64,000 nucleotides of DNA from Eledone cirrhosa (lineage: Eukaryota). The position numbers and the translations under genes were made by a program. Each line of letters starts with the position of its first letter. The first letter of the stretch is position 1. This document shows positions 13,038 to 25,433 of this stretch, one piece after another. The DNA lies in NCBI GenBank assembly GCA_964016885.1, contig OZ024751.1, forward strand, positions 15,190,001-15,254,000. Direction: 5' to 3'. The notes below the pieces were generated by a model. That model had not been told where the DNA came from and ran no database searches. It saw only the letters and a list, made by a program, of their open reading frames with translations.

Positions 13038-16000
13038 CTAAAAGAAAAAAAAAAGAGAAAAGAAATCCATAAGAACTAGTTAAAAAAAATCTGTCTTTTT
13101 CACCTACATATTCCAGCGGGTCCAGTTAGAAGCAACTGTCTCCAATTGATCCGTCATGGATGTAGTATAGTCAACTATACCACAGTGGTACCCACATGTA
13201 AGTGGGGAGATTGGACTGTTGACAAATGTCTTGATCATTGACAATACTTCACCACACTGTGGTACCTACTTACAACCAAGTAGACTGGACTGTTGACAGT
13301 TAAATGTCTTTACTATACAGTGGTACCTACAACCTACTAGACTGGACTGTTGACAGTTAAATGTCTTTACTATGCTGTGGTACCTACTTACAACCGGGTG
13401 AACTGGATTGTTGATAGTTAAATGTCTTTACTAAACTAAAATCTGTCTCCTTCGCCCATTTATTCCAGCAGGTCCTGCCAGAAGCAACTGTCTTCAATTG
13501 ATCCGGCTGGACCCCCAAGCGGTTGGTTTTTCCCATAAAATCTGTCCCAGTCTCTTCAGCTGTATCAAAGACATGACAATCTCCCAAGTGCTGGTGCCAC
13601 AATACAACAAACTAGATAGAGTGTGGGATGATATGTAAGCGAAATATAGGCCACCTGGGACATCTGAGAGGCCAGTAGCTCCACTTGAGGACTGACTTGG
13701 TTTGTGAAAACCTGTCCAACCCTTGTTAGTAGGAAGGTGAATGTATGATGATGATAGATCTTTGTTATCGATGTCCTCACCCCCATCATATATCTGATCC
13801 TATTCTGAATAATGGAGACAGTTGGTGCTTATAAGGTGCCACTATTTCAGATAGCTTTGAGAGCGGTGGATTGGCAGTATCGGTAGAGGGTGGGACGCCA
13901 TGCTTTGCACCATAGAGTTACGTCTCTTTATGATCTAAGTTCAAATCCCATCGAGGTTAACTTTGCCTTTCAACCTTATGGGGTCGATAAAATAAAGTAC
14001 CAGTCGAACACTGGGGTCGATAAAATAAAGTACCGGTCACACACTGGGGTCGATTTAATTGACTTTCCCCTCCCTCCAAATTACTGGCCTATATAAGAAA
14101 CCACTATTTCAGATAGCTTTCCCCACAGTAAGAATTCAGCCAGGTATCGTAAGCCACTGAAACACTGCCACTTACTACAGTAAATTATACCACACTGTGG
14201 TACCTACTTACAGGCAAATAGACTGAGCTGCAGACAGTTATGGATGCAGTACAGTGAACTATTGACAGTTATATGTTTTTACCACATTGTGATACCTACT
14301 TACAACCAAGTAGACTGGACTGCTGATAGTTAAAGGTCTTTACTATACTGTGGTACCTACTTACAGCTAGGTGGACTGGGCTATTAACAGATGCCTTGGT
14401 CATTGACACAGTACTTTACAATACAGTGGTACCTACTTACAGCTGGGTGGACTGGGCTAGTAACAGTTTTAGTGTTAGTCATGGATATAATACAGTGGAC
14501 TCTGCCGTGGAGTGGAACCTACTTCCAGCTAGATTGACTGGACTGTTGACAGTCAAGTGTCATGTCCACCAAGATATGAACCAATAACTTCTCATCAGGT
14601 TATCTATTACCCCTCTGTCACCCATTACAAATACACAAGTTGAGACTTACTGATTAAACAACATGGACAACATCATTTCTGTGGTTTCTTCTGGAAGATT
14701 TGTTAAGAACAGAATTTGATTTGGAGGTTGCTCTGGAATGGTATTTGGTGCTGCCATATTTGTAGGATCTGAAATAGAGAATATGGTGGATTAATTACTA
14801 ATGTTAAGACTTTTGTTCTTACTATATCAAGCAGTAAACTAATAAATATAAATATATATATTCAAAATTAATCAGAGGAGAAGCAACTAACACTCTATCG
14901 CAATGCTTATTTGCTGGAAATAATTTTTGAATAGTCTGCTACTTCCTAGAGCTGGCATTTAAATCTTATATATTTATCTCTACGCTCCTTCAAGATTTGA
15001 TTATATTCTTCCACTTTTGATATATATATATCATCATTGTATGTTTCATGAAAGAAAAAATAAGCATAAGAGGAATCAGAAGTAGTGTGCAAAAGAAAAG
15101 ACAGCATTGGTATGGATCACTGGGTGAAGAAGTGCCAAGAAATCTGCAGTAGAGGAAGGCCAAGGAAGATCTGGACAGAGGTGGTGAGAGCTGATATCAA
15201 ATCGATGAAATTCAGTGGAGAGATGCTGTGCTGAAAAAGACCCATCAAAACCAGGCAAGTGTGGGAAAAAATGAACATAAAAATAATGATGATGATGATA
15301 TTGTATTGTTCTGTTTTTTTTTTTTATTCCTCAGTTACGAGTTATGAGATACAAGATTCTAGAGGTTAGAGGTTATAAGTCACAGATTGACAACACCCAG
15401 TAAATAGTAAAAATATACTGAATTATACCATTTCACATCAGACTAGTTTTTTAGTGTAGCTTAGTGAATGTTAGCATGAGTGCATAAATACAACATGCTA
15501 TGAACAGACTGACAATAAAACAAAGTAGTTCCATTCAACATTTACAGAACTGTGCTGACTAAGAGACTGCACTACTGTGATGATAAAACAAAGGTTTCAT
15601 CTGAATAAAATATTTAATATGATGATGACTGATATGATATTATGTATGAGCACATATAAGCGAGATGCAGACTCCTTCTCCAGCCTATCTTGGAGGTCAG
15701 TAACCCTACTTCAGCACTGACTTGGTCTATGTAGACCTGTTCAACTAACAGGGAAAGCAGACGTTAAACGATGATGATTATTATACAAATTACAGACCAT
15801 GGTCTATTCAGATAACACAGAATAGAACATGAATCAATTACTTTTCTAATTAATTATATTAATTCTGTTTATTATCGTTCTGTAGGCAATAATGGAGGAG
15901 TTTAAGACCGGCTGCCCACGGGAACTCCTGTATGCTGATGACCTAATACTTATATTATTTATTTTGAGAACAATAACTTAACAACAGTATGAGTGGCCAG

Positions 16001-19000
16001 TTATGGCTGTTTTGAACAGAAAGAGGTGAGAGAATTCTGTCCGGATACAGTCGGTTTAAATGATGATAAATAGAAATGTCAATCTTAGTTGCAGTTGCAC
16101 TCCACCTCTGGTCTATAAAGAAGTTTTCCAAGAGTAGGCTGATTATGAAGGAGTGATGCTGGAGCTGTGAAATCTTGTATGCATCAATTTCAACTCTTCT
16201 TATTAATAACTGCATTGTTTCTTTCCAGGGACTAAGTTGAAAAATAAACCTCATCTGTTAAGCTGACCCTCGTAAACACTATCTGTTCATTACAGCTCAT
16301 TAGGAATATTTCAGCTCCAACCCTTTCCCCTCAGTCAGCATAGATTAATTAATAGTCATTATATAACAACCTCTCAATACACAGTGTAACGGGATTAGTG
16401 ATAAGAAAACCTGCCAAACAAAAGGTTGGAAGGACTCTTCAGCTATGTCAAAGACATGACAACCTCCTTAGTACTGGTGATCTACATGATAAACACACCC
16501 AGTACACTTTGTAAAGAAGGTATCCAACTGTAGAAAATCTGCCAAACAGAGGGTCAGGAGGACTGTTCAGGTGTGTCAAAGACATGACAACCTCCCAAGA
16601 GTGTGGAAATATATGCGAGCAAAATGTAGGCCTCCAGCCCACCTGAGAGTGCATGAAAGACAAACAATCACTTACTTTGAACAACCGGTTGCTGTAACTG
16701 TTGTAGTACTGGTTGTTGAGGAACAGGTTGACCAGCCATTGCTGATATTGGTTGAATAGGAGGTGGTACAACACCAGCTGCCTGGGCTCTGAAACGCAAA
16801 CAAACATAAATTACAGCATTAACCCTTTAGCAATTCACCTCAATTTGTCAAATGTCATATTTATCTGTTCACATTATTTTCAGTTAATCGTACTCAAGAG
16901 GGTTATCAATTTTATTTGTTTGTAATTTTCTTAATTTTCTATGTGCAGGCTTGAAATTTTGTCAGTAGATGTTTAAATATCAATAATTTACAATTATATA
17001 ATTTTACCTGATTTTTTTGGTTAATTTGACTTTTATGGACAGGTGAAATTAATTAATAGGGGCCTTTGAAGTATCAACCAGGTGCAAATACTGGTTTAAT
17101 ATTAAATACGTTGTTTTTGGCATAATACTTGATATATAAGCATCACTAAACCTTATATCAGTGCTCCAGTAATTCCATAGTCTTGGAAATTGTTTTATAC
17201 CGAACATAATATTTACGGTAAAAAGTCCTTGCAATTCCGCAGCATCTGTTGGTCGCCATAACAGATCGGGTTTTCCTCGATTTGAAATCTGTTCTTGGGC
17301 ATATCGATTAATCTCTTCTGCCACAATTTCGAAGAAAGTTTGTGGTAAAAAGAAAAAGAAATAATCCAGTGCTTTAGTATCGGGAGCTAATGCGTGTTGT
17401 GGACCAGTATTTTGAATAAAATCGGGAACATATATTGGTGTGGTATTTTTCAACCACGTTGCTGTAATATTTTCAATGGCGTCCTGGAGATCTCCTTCGT
17501 TTTCACTTTCAAAACAACAATCATCGTCGGATGAAATTTCAGAAATGTAAACATCTGATTCATTTGAAGATAAATCACTAATATTATCTTTTGTTTCTTG
17601 TTTATTTTTAATATTGTCGTGTGTAAAACCTTCAAAGTCGGTATCGCTACTTTCATAAGCCATGTTGATACAAATAAAAAATCTGTTCTACTTTCAACGT
17701 TAGTGTGGGTGTTATTGGCCGGTTTCGGGCGGATTGAACAAATGAAGAGGAAATAATTACGGCCGGTTTGAACACTAAAGGGTTAAATTCAACATTCAAT
17801 GATGCTACTAATTAGAGCTGTAAACTATATCCTTGGCGGCTTTTGAATATTAAATATATACTATAAACGCTATGAGAAGGAGAGGTCAGATCTAATATAT
17901 AGATATATAGGAGGAGGTTGACTTTAAAATATATAATAATATAAGCCCTATGACAGAGAGGTCAAATCTAATATATAGGAGGCTGGTTTTAAAATATATA
18001 ATATAAACACTATGACAGAGAGGTCAGATTTGATATACAGATATACAGATGGAGGTGGACTTTAAAATATATAATATAAACACTATGACTGACTTTGCAG
18101 CTGCCTGTTGGGATGCTCCTTTCTTGCGTTTCTTATTTTCTGGTTCATCTTCCTTCTTCTTCTTTGGTCTTTCTACATAAGTGCCTTTCATCTTAGCAAT
18201 GATGTCAGAATCTTTCTTGGAATATTGAATTCTCTGGAAAAACAAATAAAAAATCAACATCATTGTTATTTAATGTCCATATTATCTGCTAGCAAGGTTT
18301 GGACATGTATCACAAACTGGTCAGTACTCACGTGGAGCCATGGAATCCTAGGTGAGCCCAGGGCGCAACATACAGTCCATCCTACGCTCTACTGTGTGCA
18401 TGTTATTGTGGCACCAACACCACGCAAGTTGTAATATCTTTAGCACAGCTGAAGAATCTTCCAAACCCTTTGTTTGGAAGTTTTCTACAGCAGGATGCAA
18501 TTCCTATTACCAACAACTTTACAGAGTATATTTGTTGCATTTATCATATAGATCACCATGTTTATGACAAAATTGAAGAATCCTCCTTTGGTAGGCTTTC
18601 TACAGTCAGATCCCCTTTATATCACCAACCACTTTACATTTAAAAAATTAGATTCATCAATTTTTAAAATCAGGGACACATTCCAGTTTGATAAGAAAAG
18701 TTAAAATATGCAGAATAGGGCTTTTTAAAGGTAGGACAAATATTAGGAGTCTCATAAAGAAGAGCAAACCAACACCACAAAGTCTTTAAGCATTCAGTTA
18801 GCATATTTCCATTTGTATATATTAACTCTTTCATTAGTATATTTCTAATGAAAGACACTGCTATTAGTTTTCAAATCATTTTGAAAATAATCAAGTATTT
18901 GGAGGAATTTAGTAATATAACTAACTTTTTCATTATTCAGTTGTGTTGTTTGGAACATATCTTAAAAGCTTTTGCATAAAATTATGTTGGATGATTTTCA

Positions 19001-21424
19001 GATAAATATAAATACTTTGAACTAAACAGCTCAGTATCATAGAATCAGTTTAGCATCCTAAGAGTTAAAGAACTGTTTGAATCTACCAATATATAGTAAC
19101 TGGGTTGTCTGTTGTGTTCTTGAGCAAAACACTTCACTTCACGTTACTCCAGTACACTCAGCTGAAAATGAGCACCAGCAATAACTGGCGTCCTGTCCAA
19201 GGAGGAGTCTTGTACTCTGTCACTTAATGCCATAGAAACTGAGGTAAGCACTGAACTGATAAGCCTCCGGACTTGAGACGGACTTTGGACTTTTTTTTTA
19301 GAATATACATATATTTAGACCAAGAAAAACCTGGCAGAGGTGGTGAGAGCTGACCTCAAATCGCTGAGACTCACAAAGGAGTTAACAAAGCAACATGACA
19401 AGTGAAGACATGCTGTGATGAGAAAGACCCATACAACCCATGCAAGCATGGAAACAAACTTTAAAATGATAATGAGATGATATGGTAAACATTCACATGC
19501 AGGAATTTGAAAAATAAAACATGGAATGTCAATCTTACCATTGGTTTATCATAGAATGGGAAACCTTGCATTGATCTGAGAGCATTTGTGGCACTGTTGA
19601 TGTCTTTAAAAATCACAAAAGCCTGTCCTCGACATTTCAAAGTTTTTAGAGCAACTATGTCAAGAATTTGACCAAATTGAGAAAAAATTGCATATAAAGA
19701 TTTCTTTAATTCTGGAAAAGAGACAGAAATAAAAAGATGTTAAATACAGATGGTAATTACAAAGTGATTATAAAGGTGTTTACAGAATAAACGAAGAGTC
19801 AAGAGATTAGATATAGATCAAGGCTTACAGAAACAGCCCATGTTCATCAAGGTAGAACGGATGAGCTTGAAGGGAGGCTGTGCTAGAAAGGACCTGTCCA
19901 ACCCATACCAACATAGAAAAGATATACAAAGGATGATGATGATCTCACCATCATATTTTTGACAACTTTTCTATGCTGGCATTGGTTTGAACAGAACTTA
20001 TAAAGGCAATGCCTTACAGTTAGATGTCATTCCTAACATTACCCTTTAAGTCACTTTTAACATGTAGGGATGCAGTGCATTTATTCTAAACCAGATACAA
20101 ACAGCTATTTTATTATAATCTTCATAGTATAGAGTTTGATCACTCGTTTACCAAGTGGGGGGGTAGAACTCGTCATCAGATTCCATTGCTGATACTATCT
20201 ACCAGTCACAACTCATCATCATAATTGTTTAACCGGTGGATTGGCAGTGTCGGTAGAGGGTCGGACGCCATGCTTTGACGTATATAGTTACGGCCCTTGC
20301 CATTCTGAGTTCAAATCCCGCCGAGGTTAACTTTGCCTTTCATCCTTACAGGGTCGATAAAATAAAGTACCAGTAATGTACTGGGTAATTACTGGCCTTG
20401 TGCAAAACGTAGAAACAATTATTGTTTAACCCTTTAGCATTCACATTACTCTATATTTACTATTATATTTTCATGGTAAAGGCTTTACCTCACATAATAT
20501 CGAATCTATGAGATTTTGAAAGTATTTATTTTGAGAACAATACCTTAACATCAGTTTCAGTGACCAGTTACAACCAGTTTCAAGAGAAAAAGGTAGAGAA
20601 TTCTGGCCGGTTTGAACATTAAAGGGTTAACGTCCATCTTCCACGCTATGATGGGCTGTCCCTTTGTGAAAGATCAGGTTGGGGGACCGTGATTTGCTCA
20701 CACAGAACTGATTTTTTAGCTTGTTTTCTACAGCTGGATGGCCTTCCTAACGCCAACCACATTTACAGTGTACTTCAAAACTCATAGTAATCCAAAGGCT
20801 GTAGGGTGGCTATAATAGGAGTCATGCAATAACTATTCACAGCTTAGAGCAGGCATGTCAAATATGTGGCCCGCACAAAGGTTTTTACAGTGCGAGCATG
20901 TCTTATCTTCGTAATATAAAACGAAAAAATGTGTTGTGCGCAATTAGTTGACATGTGTGGTCCTCAGACAACACGTGGCCCTCAATTTGATATGCCTGAC
21001 TTATGAGTATAGGAGCTGCAAAAGTGTATCTAGTCTGTCATTGGGGCCCTGTCAATGATCAATTATAACAAGATATATGTTGTTATGGCTCACACATGCA
21101 CAAGTTTTATCAGCCTCCTATGAGGTTGCATTTCAGTGTTTTTAATGATGGAAACCCCAGTCATCTTATCTGATTCTCTGACAGTTCTGCCAGTCCAGAA
21201 GGATGAATGATAAAATTGATCTTGGCAAGATTTAAACTCAGATTGCAGAGAACCAGAACAAACGCTATACAGCATTAAATGCAATTCTCTAATGACTGTC
21301 AATTTGTCACCTGTAAAGATATTTAGTAGATTTTGTCTATTTCAAAACTAGTCAACTTACCATCTTTCTTAATACTTTCATTTAAATTGTTAATATAAAT
21401 CGTGTGGTTTGGTCTGATGTCCAT
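12878..21424 (-). CDS. SNRPA: U1 snRNP A / U2B'' (SNF-type) two-RRM spliceosomal protein; complement(join(12878..13037,14651..14768,16676..16788,18094..18233,19539..19711,21361..21424)), 255 aa
   Basis: Hand-spliced translation [56 protein letters not shown]...[47 protein letters not shown]...FAKK* matches the U1A/U2B''/SNF family. All introns are GT-AG and the exons total 768 nt in frame. Confidence 0.97.
13170..14560. repeat. ~60-bp minisatellite in two blocks (13170-13430, 14170-14560) in SNF intron 5
   Basis: GTGGTACCTACTTACAACCAAGTAGACTGGACTGTTGACAGTTAAATGTCTTTAC repeated. Confidence 0.8.
14651..14768 (-). CDS. SNRPA: SNF/U1A coding exon 5 ([32 protein letters not shown]2 start)
   Basis: tttcAG acceptor, CA|GTAAGT donor; conserved RRM2 N-terminus. 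Confidence 0.96.
16676..16788 (-). CDS. SNRPA: SNF/U1A coding exon 4 (Pro/Gln-rich linker [13 protein letters not shown]...QQPVVQ)
   Basis: tttcAG acceptor, A|GTAAGT donor; phases fit both neighbours. Confidence 0.9.
16823..17782 (-). mobile_element. Internally deleted piggyBac DNA transposon in SNF intron 3
   Basis: TTAA duplications (16819-22, 17783-86), CCCTTTAG/CTAAAGGG termini, and a piggyBac transposase N-terminal ORF inside. Confidence 0.9.
17049..17663 (-). pseudogene. Truncated piggyBac (PGBD-like) transposase ORF, 204 aa, lacking the DDD catalytic region
   Basis: Acidic N-terminus, then [45 protein letters not shown], the typical PGBD N-terminal block. Confidence 0.8.
17840..18090. 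repeat. ~65-bp tandem repeat abutting the SNF exon 3 donor
   Basis: TTTAAAATATATAATATAAACACTATGACAGAGAGGTCAGAT repeated ~4 times. Confidence 0.75.
18094..18233 (-). CDS. SNRPA: SNF/U1A coding exon 3 ([18 protein letters not shown], basic linker)
   Basis: Within ORF 18024..18263; tttccAG acceptor, AA|GTCAGT donor (phase 2) matches the next exon. Confidence 0.93.
19539..19711 (-). CDS. SNRPA: SNF/U1A coding exon 2 (RRM1 core, [31 protein letters not shown]...PFYDKPM)
   Basis: ttttccAG acceptor, ATG|GTAAG donor, RNP1 motif RGQAFVIF. Confidence 0.97.
20430..20626. mobile_element. piggyBac-type MITE
   Basis: TTAA TSDs, CCCTTTAG...TAAAGGG termini. Confidence 0.85.
20850..20998. mobile_element. 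hAT-type MITE
   Basis: CAGGCATGTCAAA / TTTGATATGCCTG TIR with internal GTGGCCC repeats; diverged ~8-bp TSD. Confidence 0.6.
21361..21424 (-). CDS. SNRPA: SNF/U1A coding exon 1 ([24 protein letters not shown]2)
   Basis: ATG at 21424, 12 nt after a polypyrimidine-CAG acceptor (exon begins 21436); ends G|GTAAGT, phase 1. Confidence 0.95.
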
Positions 21425-22235
21425 ATTGTAGGAAAACTGTCGGAAAAAAAGAAAATATAACAAACATTAGTACTGTTAATTCCACCAAAGTGAAATAATA
21501 TTTAAAGGTGCCCTGATCGTTCATTTATTTATACATACACACACATTTATATATATATAACCCTAAAATTTTGAAGGCAGAGTCACTGGTGGAATTTCCT
21601 GAAATGGTAAGTCTTCGAGTTTGATCTGATGATGGAACAGGATATATGGTGCGTCTATCACAGAGCTGGGCACAATTGATACACGATGAAGGCCCAGTTT
21701 TAAAATATTTTATGATAGGTATACAAATAGTCCATTTAGTTTTAGTATGTTCTATGATAGATATATAAATAGTAAATTTAGTTTTAGTACATTCTATGAT
21801 AGGTATACCAATCTTTTTTGTTTTTGTACGTCAAGATCTTTAGTCTTAGTTGTGTTCTTTCTGAGACCCCAGAAAAATGTGGAAGGTTCGCATTTTTTCC
21901 GTTTATTGTTGACATAACTCGACATGAACACTAGTGAAAACAAAAGGCGATATTGGATGAAAAAAACAGTACTAATATTTTTTTTTTTTCCTGCTTATAC
22001 GTATGTATATACATATGCCGTCGTGATCTTCAATTTCAACAGCTAAAATACAAACTTAACTTAAATAATGTGAGACAATGAAATAATTGTAGAAATAATA
22101 CCTGATCAGGATTTTATATATATATATATGATAATAATAAATATATAGGATGTGAAACCGGCGCCATATCTGGGTAGATTCAACTAAGTATTTCAAATGT
22201 GTTCCATAAAAAGAGGTGAATCAGATATTACTTAC

Positions 22236-22400
22236 CTTTTAACAAAATATATGATGAATTACTGGAATATGTTATAAGTCTATTTGGTATAGATCAGTAA
22301 CAATATCTTTTACAACAGATTAATTACACACAAACAATTAATTCGAAGAGTGGCTTCGATAGTTTCTAACGAAATTACTTAGCCTCGTGGTTCGCTCTTT
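22236..22400 (-). other. SNRPA: Probable non-coding first exon of SNF/U1A
   Basis: Perfect AAG|GTAAGT donor at 22235 upstream of the acceptor at 21437; the 5' end is only estimated. Confidence 0.55.
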
Positions 22401-22637
22401 CACCTACTTCCTGTTTTTCACCGTTTATTTATTTTAGATAACTTATTGAATTACTACCATCTTGTTATGTTTCTTTATTTAAAATAAGAATATAAATTTA
22501 TGATTTGATAAAAAATACAACTATTTTAATCAGTAAGATATTCGAATGCTGCCGACGGTGAAGTCTCGCTAACGTGTGAATTGGGTCAGCCATCTTGAGC
22601 AAGGTTTGATGGACAAACTCCGACTTCTGGTCGCAAA
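22380..22637. promoter_or_regulatory. Bidirectional promoter shared by SNF/U1A and VPS26
   Basis: Divergent first exons within ~400 bp, local CpG enrichment, ETS-type ACTTCCTG (22406-22413) and YY1-type GCCATCTTG (22589-22597). Confidence 0.65.
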
Positions 22638-22640
22638 ATG
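22638..22640 (+). CDS. VPS26: VPS26 exon 1 coding part (ATG only)
   Basis: CAAAATG|GTGAGT; phase 0 joins the SFLGFG exon. Confidence 0.8.
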
Positions 22641-23772
22641 GTGAGTGAATTTCTCTTGGTCTCATCTCTGCATTCCTTTAGATACACACGCGCGCACACA
22701 CTATATTTTTAGTTCGCTATACACTCATGTTAAGTATACATTTTACTATTTCATTCTTGTATTTATTAATTCTATCATTTATGGTTTAATACATTAAGGT
22801 GGGTGTTTGCTATTTTGTAAACATTTTGTGGGTGGGTTTACCTCATCATGTGATGAATCTGCTGGATATATTGAAGTCGGGGACGAAACATGTAGCAAAT
22901 CTTTATATTTATTTCACTACTTACATCATACATGTATATACCCTTTCAACATTTATCTTTGCTTATTTTAGTATTTCATCTCCCCCGACGCCCGTCTTTT
23001 ATTTGACACAAGTCTTGATTTTGTGGGAGGGTATCGTCATCGGAAACTACCCTTGTGTATTACTGGTATTCAAACGCACCGACACTGATTTGGTGACGGG
23101 GAGGTTTCACTTGATCTAGGTGGAATGTGAACTTTGGATGGTCAGGTAGCTAACTAGTAAATCCCTCGAAATATCTAATGTTGAAATATATGTCATACTG
23201 TTCACCAACCTTTACTTACATACATGTATATATAAAACTATTTAGTACATGAGGTTGAGTTTAGCTTCTATTTCATCGTACATATCTTGGAGTTATTCCC
23301 ATAATCGTTGAATCACTAATATCTAGCATCTTGTTCAAATCTTCAATATACTTTAAATGGCCATCAAACTGAAATTATATATATATAATTGTTTCTACTT
23401 TTGGCACAAGGCCAGCAATTATCCCAGTGTATTACTGATACTTTATTTTATCGACATATATATAATATACATACATACGAACATACACAAATACAACCAT
23501 TTACGTTTAAAAAATATATACACATGCACACGATCATTAAATTATATCACTAGCTTGCCCTTCAACATGCTAAATATCACACCAGTAATAACGACACACT
23601 TTAAATTGAAAAAAAAAGAAAAGAAATTACTGTAGGTCTGGGTGAATCTGTTAAAATCTATGTAATACTTAGATTATCCTAGATACATTCTTCGGTTTAT
23701 GAATATTTAACACAAAGCCGTGTCTCAAATTTCGATATATCTTCTGGTATTTCTTTATCACTAATACGCACA

Positions 23773-23829
<57 letters not shown>

Positions 23830-23878
23830 CTTATTTAACTGTAGTTCTCAACCGTTCATTTTCGGAAAACCAATCTTT

Positions 23879-23927
<49 letters not shown>

Positions 23928-25244
23928 GCGCGCGCACGTAGCTCAATAGATCTGATTGAATAACTAGTAAAGCACCTATCTATTGGAGGAAACAATTCAA
24001 AGACTACCAAATCAAAGCCACTTTACTTTCATTTATAGATCCATCGTTCTGAAACTCAGTGTGGGTGGGTGGGGGGGGGGAGCAGAGAAGTATACTTTAG
24101 TATATTACTTATTGACTGTGATGAAGTAGCAACTGGTGGTTATGGTATTTTTATTACTAGTAGTAGAAGTTGTAGTAGTATTAAATGCAAGGCAATATGC
24201 CGTTATGGCCCTCTAAGTTGTGGTTTCAAATCCTTCCTAGATCAATTTCGCTTTTTATCCTTCCGAGGTCGATAAAATAAAGTATTTGTCAAGTACTGAG
24301 GTCGACTTAATCAACATACTCCTCTCCCACCCACCAAAATCGCTGGCCTTGTGCAAATATTAGAATGAATCATTATTATTATCATTAAAACCCCTGACCA
24401 ATTCGAACTTAAAACTATGTAGCACCGAACACACACACACATAATCCCCTCCCATCTATCTCTATTTTGTGTGTGTTTGTCGATCTATTTTCTCTCCTAC
24501 ATGCCATGTCACTGTCTAATTAAAATATCCGGTACAGTGTGATGCGATTGAAGTTTTATTTTTTATTTTATTTATGTTTTTGTTTCCCCCTTGATTGAAA
24601 ATGGATTATGTTATAATGTTATAATACCTCTAGTACAGATTCATATAAATATATATTTAGAGAAAGGACGAGGAGTTGGGGAGGGGGAAAATTCCAAGCT
24701 GTGATTTTCATGGCTTTAATGGTGAAGAGAAAACGATTTCTCGCATTAGATATGACATTTCAAGTTTATAATACTAAGTTGTAATGTCCATGGGAAGTTG
24801 TAATATTGAAATCCTTACACACGTAAGGCACGTCCTCTCTACAATTCGTGGCTTGTTTATTTAACCATTTTTCCTCCCCCAATTTCTGTCATGTCATATA
24901 TATATGTCAGACAACGACATACGCCCTTTTCTTAATAAAAGAATGTTAAATATCTCTTTAATTAGACTGAACGTTATTTGTTTTTCGTTCGTTTTTGCTC
25001 TTGTTCTAACTGGCAATAGCTGTATTTCTTATATAATCGCTCATTATGGGGGAGGAGTATTAACCGTGTGTATTACTGGTAGCTTATTTTATCAGTGGAA
25101 GGTAAAATCGATCACAATAGAATGTTTTTCTCAAAGCGTAGCGCTATGTAAATAATGTTTCTGATTTAATTCAATGCCAGTAAATATTATTGACACAAGG
25201 GTTGTCAATAGACTATCTCTTTCAACGCCATTTGGTCCATTTCG

Positions 25245-25289
<45 letters not shown>

Positions 25290-25397
25290 ATCACACACCT
25301 ACGGCATGCACTTCGGGACATTTTCTTCATCAACTGTCAACTAGAGATTACAACGATTTCGTTACCTTCCGATATCGCCCTCTCCAGCTGTTGATCA

Positions 25398-25433
<36 letters not shown>

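Noticed and set aside
15885-16060. YADD RT fragment abutting a MITE piece, apparently complementary to the LINE/MITE junction at 42420
   Set aside because: Flanks do not match a single split element; probably independent fragments.
20160-20222. Minus-strand ATGATGA...CTGA, a possible intronic C/D snoRNA
   Set aside because: Too short; the C box is part of an (ATC)n tail and no guide was recognisable.
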